From positions 83,576,001 to 83,640,000 of the forward strand of contig NC_043001.1 of assembly GCF_006345805.1 (NCBI RefSeq): a stretch of 64,000 bases of DNA, read 5' to 3'. The position numbers and the translations under genes were made by a program. This stretch comes from Octopus sinensis. Its lineage: Eukaryota. The notes under the pieces were generated by a model. It did not search any database and had not been told where the DNA came from. It saw only the letters and a list, made by a program, of their open reading frames with translations. Positions 50,478 through 63,605 of the stretch are shown here, one piece after another (position 1 is the stretch's first letter; each line of letters opens with the position of its first letter).

Positions 50478-51340
50478 TTTTGTTTCTGAAATCCATAAAA
50501 GAATAATTAGTTAGGTTAGAGGAAATAAAGAGATTTTAGTTTTACAAAATCATGAGCATAGTCGAAAGTGCTGTTTTCTTATCAAGATAGCTTGTTTGTT
50601 ATCATCAGACCAGGTGTATTTTCACACCTATCATTCAGTTCTTAATTTTCTTATAAAATACAGGTGTTTCAATATATTTTACAAGTAAATGACAGTAAAA
50701 ATAAAAAAACTAAATCTGGTATTTGGAACAGTAATTAATAAAAAGTTTCTCAAATAAAATTAGGATAGAAAAGTTTAATTTCAAACAGGTTGGTAGTGTC
50801 AAAAGAGTTAAGAATGTCATTAGTCGTTATTTGGTCACTTAGTGAGCAGAGTTAGACACATTGTCTGTGGGGGTAGTGGTGGGGGTTCTGCAAGGTTTTC
50901 AAAATGAATGGATAACTTGCCATGTTTAATCAAATTTACTCTTTTGTAATACACTGCCATTATTTTAATTCATTTTAAAATCAATGAAGAATTATAACTG
51001 ACTAATCAAGTTGGTGTTTGGAACATAAATCAATACACAAGTTTTGGAAGGTTATCTATTTAGATTACTTTAAAATGGTAAAGTTGGCATCAAAGAACAG
51101 AGCTGATCTTAGGCAGGTTTGTATCAAAGAATCAGGGTTGAACTCGGAGGCAGGTTTGTGTCAAAAAAGCAGGAGTAGTCTCAGATAGATTTATATAAAA
51201 GACCCAAAGCATTTATTAAAGAACAAGAGTCAATCTCAGGCAGGTTGGGATCAAGGAACCAGGTGTGTTTCAAGGTAGGTTGATATCAAAAGGGTGAAGA
51301 TAGTCCAAAATTTTCAAGTTTAAAGTAAATCGAGAACAAT

Positions 51341-51561
51341 TACGAGGGTGTGCTGAAAAGTTCCAAGCTTTAAGGGTATTGCAAAAGGCCTGGGTGTAGC
51401 CCCAACCTTCCAAATTCTTTTACAGAGCTTAGCAAAATTGAAGGACTGCTGCAATAAGTATGTGAATCTGAGAAGGGAATATGTTGAATAAAATCATAAT
51501 TAACTGATCCTCCTGTATTTTCTTTTACCCAAACCCAGGAAGTTTTCAGTATCCTCTTGTA
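51341..51561 (+). mobile_element. Mariner-derived MITE (TA-flanked, about 220 bp); relatives at 8202-8390, 52972-53070 and 53383-53580
   Basis: TACGAGGGTGTGCTGAAAAGT ... AGTTTTCAGTATCCTCTTGTA. Retains the transposase C-terminal relic CNKYVNLRREYVE*. Confidence 0.75.
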
Positions 51562-53138
51562 TATCAATGGAGACACTATTTTGTCTTCTCTTCACTAATA
51601 AAAGGGTCAGAGAAGGGCAAACATTTTCACAAATTTTTGGGGTGGATGGGTGAGGTGTCAGCATTTGTCAGTTTGAGAGCAACTGGTCTAAAGGATAGAA
51701 AATCATGTTACCTCAAAGAAGCAGATGATATACCGTTAAAAGTTCTGTAAAAGACATTTTATTTAATCCAAATTGGATTAGAAGAAACTGTAAGTAAATC
51801 TATGTATTTAAATGCTATGTTTGGAAAGGTTGCATGCTTTCATCAACTTTAATTATGTTGCTTGAGCCTTCAAGGAAGCCTTCAAACTTGCTTGAATTGC
51901 TAGAAAGAACAGCCAGCGTTTCTCAAATCATAACCTGCTATCTTAGAATCAAGAAAGACACACGAAACAAAGTAGTCCTAGATATTGAAATCATCCTGTC
52001 TTTCCTTCAAACACATTATAATGTTTTTACGCTTTTACTTGTTTCAGTCAGTTGACTGTGGCCATGCTGGAGCACCACCTTTAGTCGAGCAAATCAACCC
52101 CAGGACTTATTCTTTGTAAGCCTACTTATTCTATCGGTCTCTTTTGCCGAACTGCTAAGTTACGGGGATGTGAACACACCAGCATTGGTTGTCAATCGAT
52201 GTTGGGGGGACAAACACAGACACACAAACACACATATATACATATACATATATACGACAGGTTTCTTCCAGTTTCTGTCTACCAAATCCACTCACAAGGC
52301 TTTGGTCGGCCCGAGGCTATAGTAGAAGACACTTGCCCAAGGTGCCACGCAGTGGGACTGAACCCGGAACCATGCGGTTGGTAAGCAAGCTACTTACCAC
52401 ACGGCCACTCCTGCGCCTGTGCTTACCACAAAGCCACTCTTGCGAAAAACTACATTTTCCAATGTGTTCCCCACTTCCTTTTCAACCCTTTAACTGCAAA
52501 ATTAAATTTCATAGTTATTCCAGTAATGATGTTAAACATCTACCAAAAAATAGAATTGGTATTTTCAGTAAGTCACACTTCCTCAACCTAACAAAAAAGT
52601 AAAAAATTCTAAACATTGCAGTGTTCAACAAAAGACAGAGTAGTTATATAAATTTGCTTTCTACAGTTAAGGGTAATGAAATTTTGAGTGGATATTTGAT
52701 ATCTGATTTCCACCATAAAAGGGTTAAGATGTGATTTCAAGCAGATTTGGCTGCTATTTCTAGCAAATAAAGTAATAACAAAGACCTCTCAGTAATTCGA
52801 TATTCAACAATGAGATTGATAGGGCGATGTGTAATGTTCTTGTGATCACTGGGAATTTAACCTACAATGAGATTTACACGTGGATTTGGTAAACAGAGAT
52901 ATATAGCCAAAGTTAAACAGAACATAACTGTAGTGCCTACAGAAAGATCAACAAATTATTGTTCTGCTATAATACGAGAGGGTGCTGAAAAGTTCCTGGC
53001 TTTAAGGGCATTGCAAAAAGCCTAGTTGGAGGCCCTACCTCCCATGTTCTGTTACAGGGCTTATATATATATGTGTATATATACATACACACACACACAC
53101 CTATGTATGCATATATATATATATATAAATACACACAT

Positions 53139-53198
<60 letters not shown>

Positions 53199-53322
53199 AA
53201 ATATTAGGGAATAAATCCAAACTTACAGGGAAAAATCAGATTTAGGATTAAATCCAATTTTATAGTATAAATATATTATATTATATATTAAATTAGAGAT
53301 AAAACCACTATTAAGCAAATCA

Positions 53323-53378
<56 letters not shown>

Positions 53379-54770
53379 TATATATGAGGGAATGTTTTAA
53401 GGGTATTGTGAAAGGCCTGGCTGGAGGTCCAACCTCCCAAGTTCTCTTAGAAAAACTGAAGGACTGCTGCAATAAGTGCATGAATCTGAGAGGAGAATAT
53501 GGTGAATGAAATTATAATTAACTGATCTTCCAGTATTTTTTTCCCACCCAAAGCCAGGAACTTTTCAACACCCGCTCGTATTTTACTAACACCCCAGAAG
53601 CCAACTGATAGCGTTTGAAGTACACCTCCTCTCTGACGCAGTGGAAAAACACAACACAAAGTCTGTAGTTTTGATGTTTGTGGGTGTATGTTGTGAATAG
53701 GATCAAAATGAAAATAGAATTACACAGACACAATACACGTGTACCAATGGTTTATGTGTGCATATAACTATACAAGTCCCGGGGTCGATTTGCTCGACTA
53801 AAGGCGGTGCTCCAGCATGGCCGCAGTCAAATGACTGAAACAAGTAAAAAGAGTAAAAAGAGTATATACACAAAAAGATACATACATACATATCTGAGGG
53901 GAAGATAAGTAAGAGTGAAAGAGAGAATGTGTGAGAGAGGGCAAAGTCTGAAGTGTGCAGCAAGCTTGTGTGATGTATGAGTGAATATTTGAAATTCTGT
54001 GCATATGGAATTTATGCATAGTGTGAATTATGTTTATACATTCTTTTATTCTTTTACTCGTTTCAGTCCATTGACCACAGCCATGCTGGAGCACTGTCTA
54101 AAAGTTGAAGAAATTGACCCATAGCACTTATTCTTTGTAAGTCGAGTACTTATTCTATCAGTCTCTTTTGCCAAACCACTATGTTACATAAACACACCAA
54201 CATTAGTTGTCAAGCGATGGTGGGAGGACAAACACAGACACAAAGACACACATAAACATATATATACATACATACATACATATACATACGATAGGCTTCT
54301 TTCAATTTCCATTTACCAAATCCACTCACAAGTCTTTGGTTAGCGCAAGGCTACAGTAGAAGACACTTGCCCAAGGTGACATGCTGTGGGACTGAACCCA
54401 GAATCATGTGGCTGGGAAGCAAACTTCTTACCACACAGCCATGCTTGCATGTATATGTACAAATGTGGATGTGCATGCAGCATATATTGGATATCTTTTA
54501 TCGTTTGTCTTTTACTTGTTGCAGTCATTTAACTGTGGCCTTGCTGGGGCACTGGCTTGAATTTTTAGTTGAATGAATCGACAACAGTACTTGCTTTTTA
54601 AGCCCGGTACTTATTCTGTATGTTGCTTTTGCATAATTCTGCTAAGTTATGGGGATGCAAACACACCAACGCTAGCTGTCAAGTGGTGGTGGACGGACAA
54701 ACACAGACAGAAAGACACACACACAGACAGAGACACACAGAGACACACACGCACACACACACACACTCAC

Positions 54771-55751
54771 ATACGACAGTCTTCTTTCAGTTTCCAACCA
54801 AATCCACTCACAAATCTTTGGTTGGCCTGAAGCTATATCAGAAAACACTTGTCCAAGGTGCCATGCAGTGGGACTGAACCCAGAACCATGTGGTTAGGAA
54901 GCATGCACACAGTGCTTATTTACGCATATTTAAATGTACATTTAATCTATATGGGCATGATATATGAGTTAATTATGATGGATGCTTGTGATTTTCATAT
55001 GATGTACAATATGTATGGTGTCACTATATTTATGTAAGAATGTTTATTTATATGTTGTGTAATGTAAACTGTATGTGTGAATGTGTGTATACTGCATAAT
55101 TCACGTGTTGTTATTGTTTAGCACCAAATAAACTTTGATCAAGCAGACCTACACTGAAAAGAGGTTCCAACATAGCCATCCTGTTTTTTTTCTGTATGCT
55201 CAGTGCTATACTGTCCTGTATAACCTTCTTAGTGGAGGCGCAATAGCCCAGTGGTTAGGGCAGCGGACTCGGGGTTGGAGGATCGCGGTTTCGATTCCCA
55301 GACTGGAAGTTGTGTGTGTTTATTGAGCGAAAACACCTAAAAGGTCCACGATGCTCCAGCAGGGGGTGGTAGCAACCCTTGTTGTACATTTTCGCCCCAA
55401 CTTTCTCTCACTCTCTCTTCCTGTCTCTTGAGTAATGCGATGGGCTGGCGCCAAGTCCAGCTGGGGGAACACATACACCACAGAAACTGGGAAACCGGGC
55501 CCATGAGCCTGGTTAGGCTTGAAAAGGGCGACGTTTATCGTTTTATAACCTTCTTAAGTATGGTATGATTAGAATGAGATTTGACTGTTCTTTCTATTCA
55601 AGTAGGTTGTGTGTGTACCCACCACATAGAAGGTTGTGGGTTGTTTTACATGTGCAGTATATATGTATTCATGAATATTTGCTCGGTGTATGTATGCAAA
55701 TACGTGTGTGTGTGTAGAGAGAGAGAGAGGGTGAGAGAGATAGATAGAGAT

Positions 55752-55788
<37 letters not shown>

Positions 55789-55798
55789 TAGAGAGAGA

Positions 55799-55834
<36 letters not shown>

Positions 55835-56937
55835 AACAAAAGAGTAATTAACAACTTACAGAAACACAGAAAAACACTGTATAATGCTGTTTATATACTA
55901 CTGCTGCTGCCGCCAATGATGAAATAGAGGAGTGCCTCTTTCTCCCTGTCACTCAGTACATACATATATATATGCACACACACACACACTCACATACGAC
56001 AGTCTTCTTTCAGTTTCCAACCAAATCCACTCACAAATCTTTGGTTGGCCTGAAGCTATATCAGAAAACACTTGTCCAAGGTGCCATGCAGTGGGACTGA
56101 ACCCAGAACCATGTGGTTGGGAAGCATGCACACAGTGCTTATTTACGCATATTTAAATGTACATTTAATCTATATGGGCATGATATATGAGTTAATTATG
56201 ATGGATGCTTGTGATTTTCATATGATGTACAATATGTATGGTGTCTCTATATTTATGTAAGAATGTTTATTTATATGTTGTGTAATGTAAACTGTATGTG
56301 TGAATGTGTGTATACTGCATAATTCACGTGTTGTTATTGTTTAGCACCAAATAAACTTTGATCAAGCAGACCTACACTGAAAAGAGGTTCCAACATAGCC
56401 ATCCTGTTTTTTTTCTGTATGCTCAGTGCTATACTGTCCTGTATAACCTTCTTAGTGGAGGCGCAATAGCCCAGTGGTTAGGGCAGCGGACTCGGGGTTG
56501 GAGGATCGCGGTTTCGATTCCCAGACTGGAAGTTGTGTGTGTTATTGAGCGAAAACACCTAAAAGGTCCACGATGCTCCAGCAGGGGGTGGTAGCAACCC
56601 TTGTTGTACATTTTCGCCCCAACTTTCTCTCACTCTCTCTTCCTGTCTCTTGAGTAATGCGATGGGCTGGCGCCAAGTCCAGCTGGGGGAACACATACAC
56701 CACAGAAACTGGGAAACCGGGCCCATGAGCCTGGTTAGGCTTGAAAAGGGCGACGTTTATCGTTTTATAACCTTCTTAAGTATGGTATAATTAGAATGAG
56801 ATTTGACTGTTCTTTCTATTCAAGTAGGTTGTGTGTGTACCCACCACATAGAAGGTTGTGGGTTGTTTTACATGTGCAGTATATATGTATTCATGAATAT
56901 TTGCTCGGTGTATGTATGCAAATACGTGTGTGTGTGT

Positions 56938-56971
<34 letters not shown>

Positions 56972-56972
56972 T

Positions 56973-57046
<74 letters not shown>

Positions 57047-57200
57047 AAGAGTAATTAACAACTTACAGAAACACAGAAAAACACTGTATAATGCTGTTTA
57101 TATTACTACTGCTGCTGCCGCCAATGATGAAATAGAGGAGTGCCTCTTTCTCCCTGTCACTCAGTACATACATACATATATATATGCACACACACATACA
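54771..57200. repeat. Near-identical direct tandem duplication, period 1223 bp
   Basis: 54771-55993 is repeated at 55994-about 57200. Only about 3 substitutions, 2 single-base indels and a GA-microsatellite length change were seen. Confidence 0.93.
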
Positions 57201-57677
57201 CATACAAACAAATATACAAACACAGGCATATATACACAAACATTTTTATATACACATATATAACATTGATAAGTGACACACTCAAAATTCCTAAGTCACT
57301 TTGTAATTTCTTGTGATTAAAAATAATATATATATATATATATACACACATATGTATATATAGTTAATCCTAACATGAAAACACATACACACACATATAT
57401 ATATATATATATATCATTAACAATCATTTAATGTCTGACTTCCAGGCGGGCATGGATGATACTCTCTTTACTCTTTACTCTTTTACTTGTTTCAGTCACT
57501 TGACTGCAGCCATGCTGGAGCACCGCCTTTAATCGAGCAACTCGACCCCAGGACTTATTCTTTCGTAAGCCCAGTACTTATTCTATCGGTCTCTTTTGCC
57601 GAACCGCTAAGTAACGGGGGACATAAACACACCAGCATCGGTTGTCAAGCAATGCTAGGGGACAAACACAGACATGC

Positions 57678-57708
<31 letters not shown>

Positions 57709-58179
57709 ATATATATTATATATATATATATATATATAATATATATATATATATATACACATATATACGACGGACTTCTTTCAGTTTCCGCCTACCAAAT
57801 CTACTCACAAGGCTTTGGTCAGCCCGAGGCTATAGTAGAAGACACTTGCTCAAGGTGCCACGCAGTGGGACTGATCCTGGAACTATGTGGTTGGTAGACA
57901 AGCTACTTACCACACAGCCACTCCTGCGCCTGATATATATTTGTTTTTAGTTCTATTTATTTTGTCAGTTTTACCAAAGCTCTCTCACTCTCTCTTCCCT
58001 CCTCTCTCTTTGTATACAGGGCTGGCCCTTGGGTTGCTGGCACCCAGAGCAAGCTGAACTTCCACATGTACAAGCTGATGGTCATGGAAATTTCCTTGTT
58101 TTTGTCTCGTCCACCATGGCACACCCTAGCACATAGTGCCCCAGATGATTGCCTGAATTGCTGTTACCTTGAACCGGCC

Positions 58180-58212
<33 letters not shown>

Positions 58213-58303
58213 CGTGAGTGTGTACGTGTGTGTGTGAATGTGTGCGTGTGTATGTATATGTATATATATATGTGTATATATCTATATGTGTGTGTATGTG
58301 TGC

Positions 58304-58348
<45 letters not shown>

Positions 58349-58366
58349 ACCTTCAAAATGTGACCA

Positions 58367-58560
58367 CGTGTATACCGTTGGCGAATTTTATTTCCTCTGT
58401 CTTCCCTTCTCTGGATCTTTCCTTCTCCTATGTTTCCGACGAAGAGTTCCGCTCGAAACGTTAAACCCTCCTTCTTTCCTGAGCGTCCAATAATACTATA
58501 TTTGTTCCATGTCCTCGCGTTGTTGTGTTTTTTTGTGCTTTCTTGTTGGATTAACTTTAT
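58367..58560 (+). mobile_element. Short element with hammerhead-like motif; near-identical direct copy at 59464-59640
   Basis: GTTT-CCGACGA-A-GAGT tcc GCTC-GAAA-CGTT-AAAC at 58432-66. Confidence 0.65.
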
Positions 58561-58779
58561 ATATATATATATATATAAATTGATATTTATATGTATGTAT
58601 ATCATATATATATATATATATATAATATATATATAATGTGTGTATATATATATTATATATATTTGTATATATATAATATATTATCTATTATATATATGTA
58701 TATATTATTATGTATATATAATAAAATATATATATATATATATGTATGTATATATTATTTATACATATATATGTATGTA

Positions 58780-58818
<39 letters not shown>

Positions 58819-58868
58819 GTATATATATATCATTTCCATCCATCCATACATACATACATACTTATATA

Positions 58869-59450
58869 ATCTGTAAAAATAATGTGACAATTATTTGGTA
58901 GCCCTGATAAAACTCTGAGTTTCGGATGTCAGGGCGAAAACCAATGCCGGCATCTCTTCAGTTATCAGGCCATCGAAAAATACGCTATGAAAATGACCGT
59001 TAAACAAAGGGAAATTACTGTGTGATTGACCGTTATTAAGATAAAAGAACTATTAGAATGACTGCTAAGTAAGGGGAGGGAGTAAAAGTAAGAGAGTAAA
59101 AATGTTCATAGTAATTGCGTAAGCGTGTGTGTCCATACATACACATGCGTGCCCGCATACCCATGTACATGTGCCTATACTTAGCGGTCATTCTAATAGC
59201 TCTTTTGTCTTAATAATGGTTAATCACACAGTAATTTCCCTTGGTTAACAGTCATTTTCATATCATTTTTTTCGATGGCCGGATAACTGAAGTGATGCCG
59301 AAGTGGATTTCCACCCCGACATCCGAAACCCGGAGTTCTATCATGGCTACCGAATAATTGTCACATATTATATTTACAGATAAATTCCTCTATTTACATA
59401 ATATCAAGGTCTCTTTCATTCTTTTGTTGTCTTGCCATTTCTATCAATAT
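58869..59450. mobile_element. Long fold-back element (about 203-bp arms), same family as 5727-5987, hammerhead-like motif in each arm
   Basis: Arms 58869-59071 and 59178-59381. The one-sided extension 59382-59450 matches the reverse complement of about 5665-5726. Confidence 0.8.
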
Positions 59451-59639
59451 ATTATATTTATCTCGTGTGTATCGTTGGCGATTTTTTTCCTCTGTCTTCC
59501 CTTCTCTGGATCATTCCAACGAAGAGCTCCGCTCGAAACGTTAAACCCTCCTTCTTTCCTGAGCGTCCAATAATACTATATTTGTTCCATGTCCTCGCGT
59601 TGTTGTGTTTTTTTGTGCTTTCTTGTTTGGATTAACTTT

Positions 59640-59739
59640 ATATATATACATATATATATTACATATTATATATATATTGTATATGTATATATTATGTATA
59701 TTTATATATATATATATATATATGTATGTATATATATTG

Positions 59740-59778
<39 letters not shown>

Positions 59779-60028
59779 TATATATATATTGTATATGTAT
59801 ATATTATGTATATTTATATATATATATATATATACATATATACATATATATATATGTATATGTATATATTATGTATATTTATATATAATATTATAATATA
59901 TATATAATATATATTATATATATATATATATACATACATATTACATATTATATATATTGTATATGTATATATTATGTATATTTATATATATATATATTAC
60001 ATATTATATATATTGTATATGTATATAT

Positions 60029-60095
<67 letters not shown>

Positions 60096-60232
60096 GTGTA
60101 TATATATATATATAAATATATATATATATATGGGCTATGGGCTCCGTGTGGGCAGTCATCTAAATATATATGTATGTATATATATATATGAATATATTAT
60201 ATATATATATATGTATTTATATATATATATAT

Positions 60233-60260
<28 letters not shown>
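59640..60260. repeat. Compound (TA)n/(TATG)n microsatellite block with higher-order sub-repeats
   Basis: TATATATTACATATTATATATATTGTATATGTATATATTATGTATAT recurs at about 59655, 59935 and 59993. Similar TA blocks are at 5400-5665 and 58560-58865. Confidence 0.85.
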
Positions 60261-60265
<5 letters not shown>

Positions 60266-61741
60266 ATGTGTTTGTATGCATATGTATACTCACACACATA
60301 TATCCCCACCACTTCATCAGTCTGACTCACTTGTTTTTACTTGGTGGTGGCCTATTTATATCAGACTTCATCAATCCATCGTCATTGTTTCACTAGGCCT
60401 TCACTTGTAGCCTCATCCTTCTACACAATACACTCTCGTTCACTCTGCTCTATTACCAGCCACGACTCCTTCCCCTAGGTCAGAGTAACTTTTATTGTCA
60501 CCTACTCTTAACTTTTATCCGCTTCTGCTGTTGCCAAATCATTCTCTACCCAGCTTCACCCAAAATAAACCAGTCACATACATCTTACTACAGCTCATTT
60601 CTTTAATGTAGCTTTCCTATTTCTTCTAATGTTGCTGCCATGTCTTTTAATCCCCTCCTGGCCATATTTAATAAATATACATACTCTACGGTCCAACCCA
60701 TGCCAGCATGGAAGGTCGACATTAAATGATGATGACTAGATTACTAAGTGTAACCCTTGCTCCCTTCAACCCACTGCTGACATCACACTCCCTTTTGTTT
60801 TCCCTCTTTGGGCCACGTCTTAGCTTACTGAGTACTCACTACATTTTCTTGGGTACAAAGCACCCCACACCTGTACTGGGATCAGGATGGAAAGCTAATA
60901 AATCATATTCTCCTCAAGAGTGATAGGTGAGTGAGAAAACCTCTCTAGTGCTGGTACTACAAAAGTGCATCTTGCACACTCTGTAAACATCGACATCACC
61001 ATTTAATGTCCTTTTTCCATGCTTGCATGGGTTGGATGAATTTTATTTTCACAGCTGGATGCCCTTCCTTTCATCAGCCCTAACCTGTTTCGAAGCAAAG
61101 CAACATACCCACCCACCATCCCATGACCAGAATATATTCTCTCCTGAATACTAGAAATGACGTCTGCTGCTTATATGACAGTGACACTCATTTACAACTA
61201 CCACATGATGTCAAGAGCAGGAGTGCCTGTGTGGTAAGCATTTTGCATCACAACCATATGGTTCCAGGTTCAGTGCCACAGCATGATACCTTGGGCGAGT
61301 GTCTTCTACAATAGCTTCAGGCCAACCAAAGCCTTGTGAGTGAGTTTGGTAGATGGAAATTGAAAGAAGTTACTAGTAGACTTGACTGAGGAGAATCAAG
61401 CATGTCTTTTGGAACTAAATTCAAAATCGTGATATCAAGTTAACTGACATTCTTTCCTGCAATTTTGCAGAGGTAGGACACAATTCTTATTTCACTTAAT
61501 TTTTTCGAATTATGCCTGTGAAAATATAGTGTTAATTTTTCTGGCTTTGGAGTATCTTGACTTCTATCTTTAGCAAAGCTGGCATTTTAAAAGGAGCAGC
61601 CTTGTTAGGGCATCCAGCCGTAGAAACATTGCCAGATCAGACTGGGCCTGTTGCAGCCTTCTGGGTTCCCAGACCCCAGTTGAACCGTCCAACCCATGCT
61701 AGCATGGAAAGCGGACACTAAATGAAAAAATGATGATGTGA

Positions 61742-61783
<42 letters not shown>

Positions 61784-63001
61784 TATATATATATAATATA
61801 TATATGCAAAACACTCAAAAACACTGGGATTTTAAATCAGAAGTCAATACTGTTGATATCATCTGTGGATAAATTTTAAAATTGATGATGTCACCAGCAG
61901 TGACATAGGTGTATCGCAGGTGCAATAGCATTAAATAGCTATGAATTATACATTTGTACAAAGCATTGGGATGCTTAACAAGCATCCACCTGCTAGAAAT
62001 AAGAGCTAAAGTCTTAATTTTATCCACCGTACCACACCAAGATAACAGAGAAAAACACAGTATGCGAGGAAATCAGAAAAGGATTAAAACATTTAACAGC
62101 ACAAATAAAAATATTATGCAATCAAGGACATCTATATATATATATATTAGTGTTTGTGGTTGAATAAGACGTAAAAACATTCTTAGTATAGTGTTATATC
62201 GCGGATTTTTCTGGCTAATATATGTAAATTTATATCACAGACTCCTCAGAATATCATGCGTTTCTGCAGCTGATAAGTATTTATATTTTTTTAGATTTAA
62301 ATTATTTCTGTGGGAGGTTTTGGAATGAACATCTGCGATAGTCGAAGGATTACTGTGTATATATAGATATATAAATACAGTAAGCTTCTTTCACTTTCTG
62401 CCTAAATCCAGTTGCAAGTCTAGTACCAAAGTCAAAGACACTTCCTCACAGTGCAGCACAGTGAGACTGAACTCAGAACCATGTGCTTGGGAAGCAAACT
62501 TCTTACCATGCAGCCATACCTGCACCTCTGTCATGTAGTTGACAAATGAGTAGAGAATGTTTAGGGTTCTGACAGCCTTCATATTTAACCTTTCTAGAGA
62601 TGGTGCTAAGAGCAAAACAACACCCACTAACTACGCTCTTTAAATGGTTGTCAATAGGAAAGACATCAAGCCATAAAACTCAGGCCAAGTGACATGCACA
62701 AGCACCAGTCTATGGGAGCAGATGACTGGAACTGCAACAACCTGTTCAAAACAGGCTAGCGTAAATAGGAGATATAAAATGATTTGGTGTTAGGAAGAGC
62801 ATCTAGCTGTAGAAACCATACCAAAAGCAGACATTGGAGCTTGTTGGAGCCCTGCGGCTTGCCAGTTACCACCAAACTGTCCAACTCATGCCAGCATGGA
62901 AAAGTGGAAAATGAATGTTAAATGATTATAATGACGTAATGTATACAAACTCACACATATATACACACATAAATTTATATATACTCATATGTGTATATCA
63001 T

Positions 63002-63032
<31 letters not shown>

Positions 63033-63456
63033 AACGATTAATGTCTGTTGCCCATGCTGGCATGGGTTAGATGGTTTAACCAGGGCTGACAAGCTGATGT
63101 TCTGCACCAGACTCCAGTCTGATTTGACATGGTCTCTATGGCTGGAGGCACATCCTAACACCAACCACTTTACAGAGTACACTAGGTGTTTTTATGTGCC
63201 ACCAGCACAGGAGCCAGTTACGTGACACCAGTATCTGCCATGACTACAATATATATATATATATATATATAAATTAGAAAAAAAAACACCTTTTATCAAT
63301 ACAAAATGAACAATTAAATTACACCATCTAGGAAATTACTTATAATAGAAATATTAAATATAAAATAACAATAATATACCGATGATTAAGTAATGTGCAA
63401 AATAATAAATAAAACGTTATATATTTGGTAGAATAACATTTTCTACCTTGACTTTT

Positions 63457-63487
<31 letters not shown>

Positions 63488-63605
63488 ATATACATACAAA
63501 CACACACACACACATATATACATATACATACAAACGTACATAATTTATATATCAACTCACGTGTTCATTTTCAACTTACTACACACACACACACACACAC
63601 ACACA

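Larger units (their letters stand above)
11099..50485 (-). other. SLC26: SLC26/SulP-family anion transporter gene, partial span (10 coding exons; 3' exons and 5'UTR exon not located in window)
   Basis: The joined exons give an open 515-codon frame with family motifs [63 protein letters not shown] and IIIVALKGM. All junctions are GT-AG with matching phases. The paralogue (A5/A6-like etc.) cannot be assigned without a phylogeny. Confidence 0.95.

Noticed and set aside
55234-55310. tRNA-like sequences (also 17963, 26101, 41290, 56457) as real tRNA genes
   Set aside because: No complete acceptor or T stems, and they run into repeat bodies; these are SINE heads.
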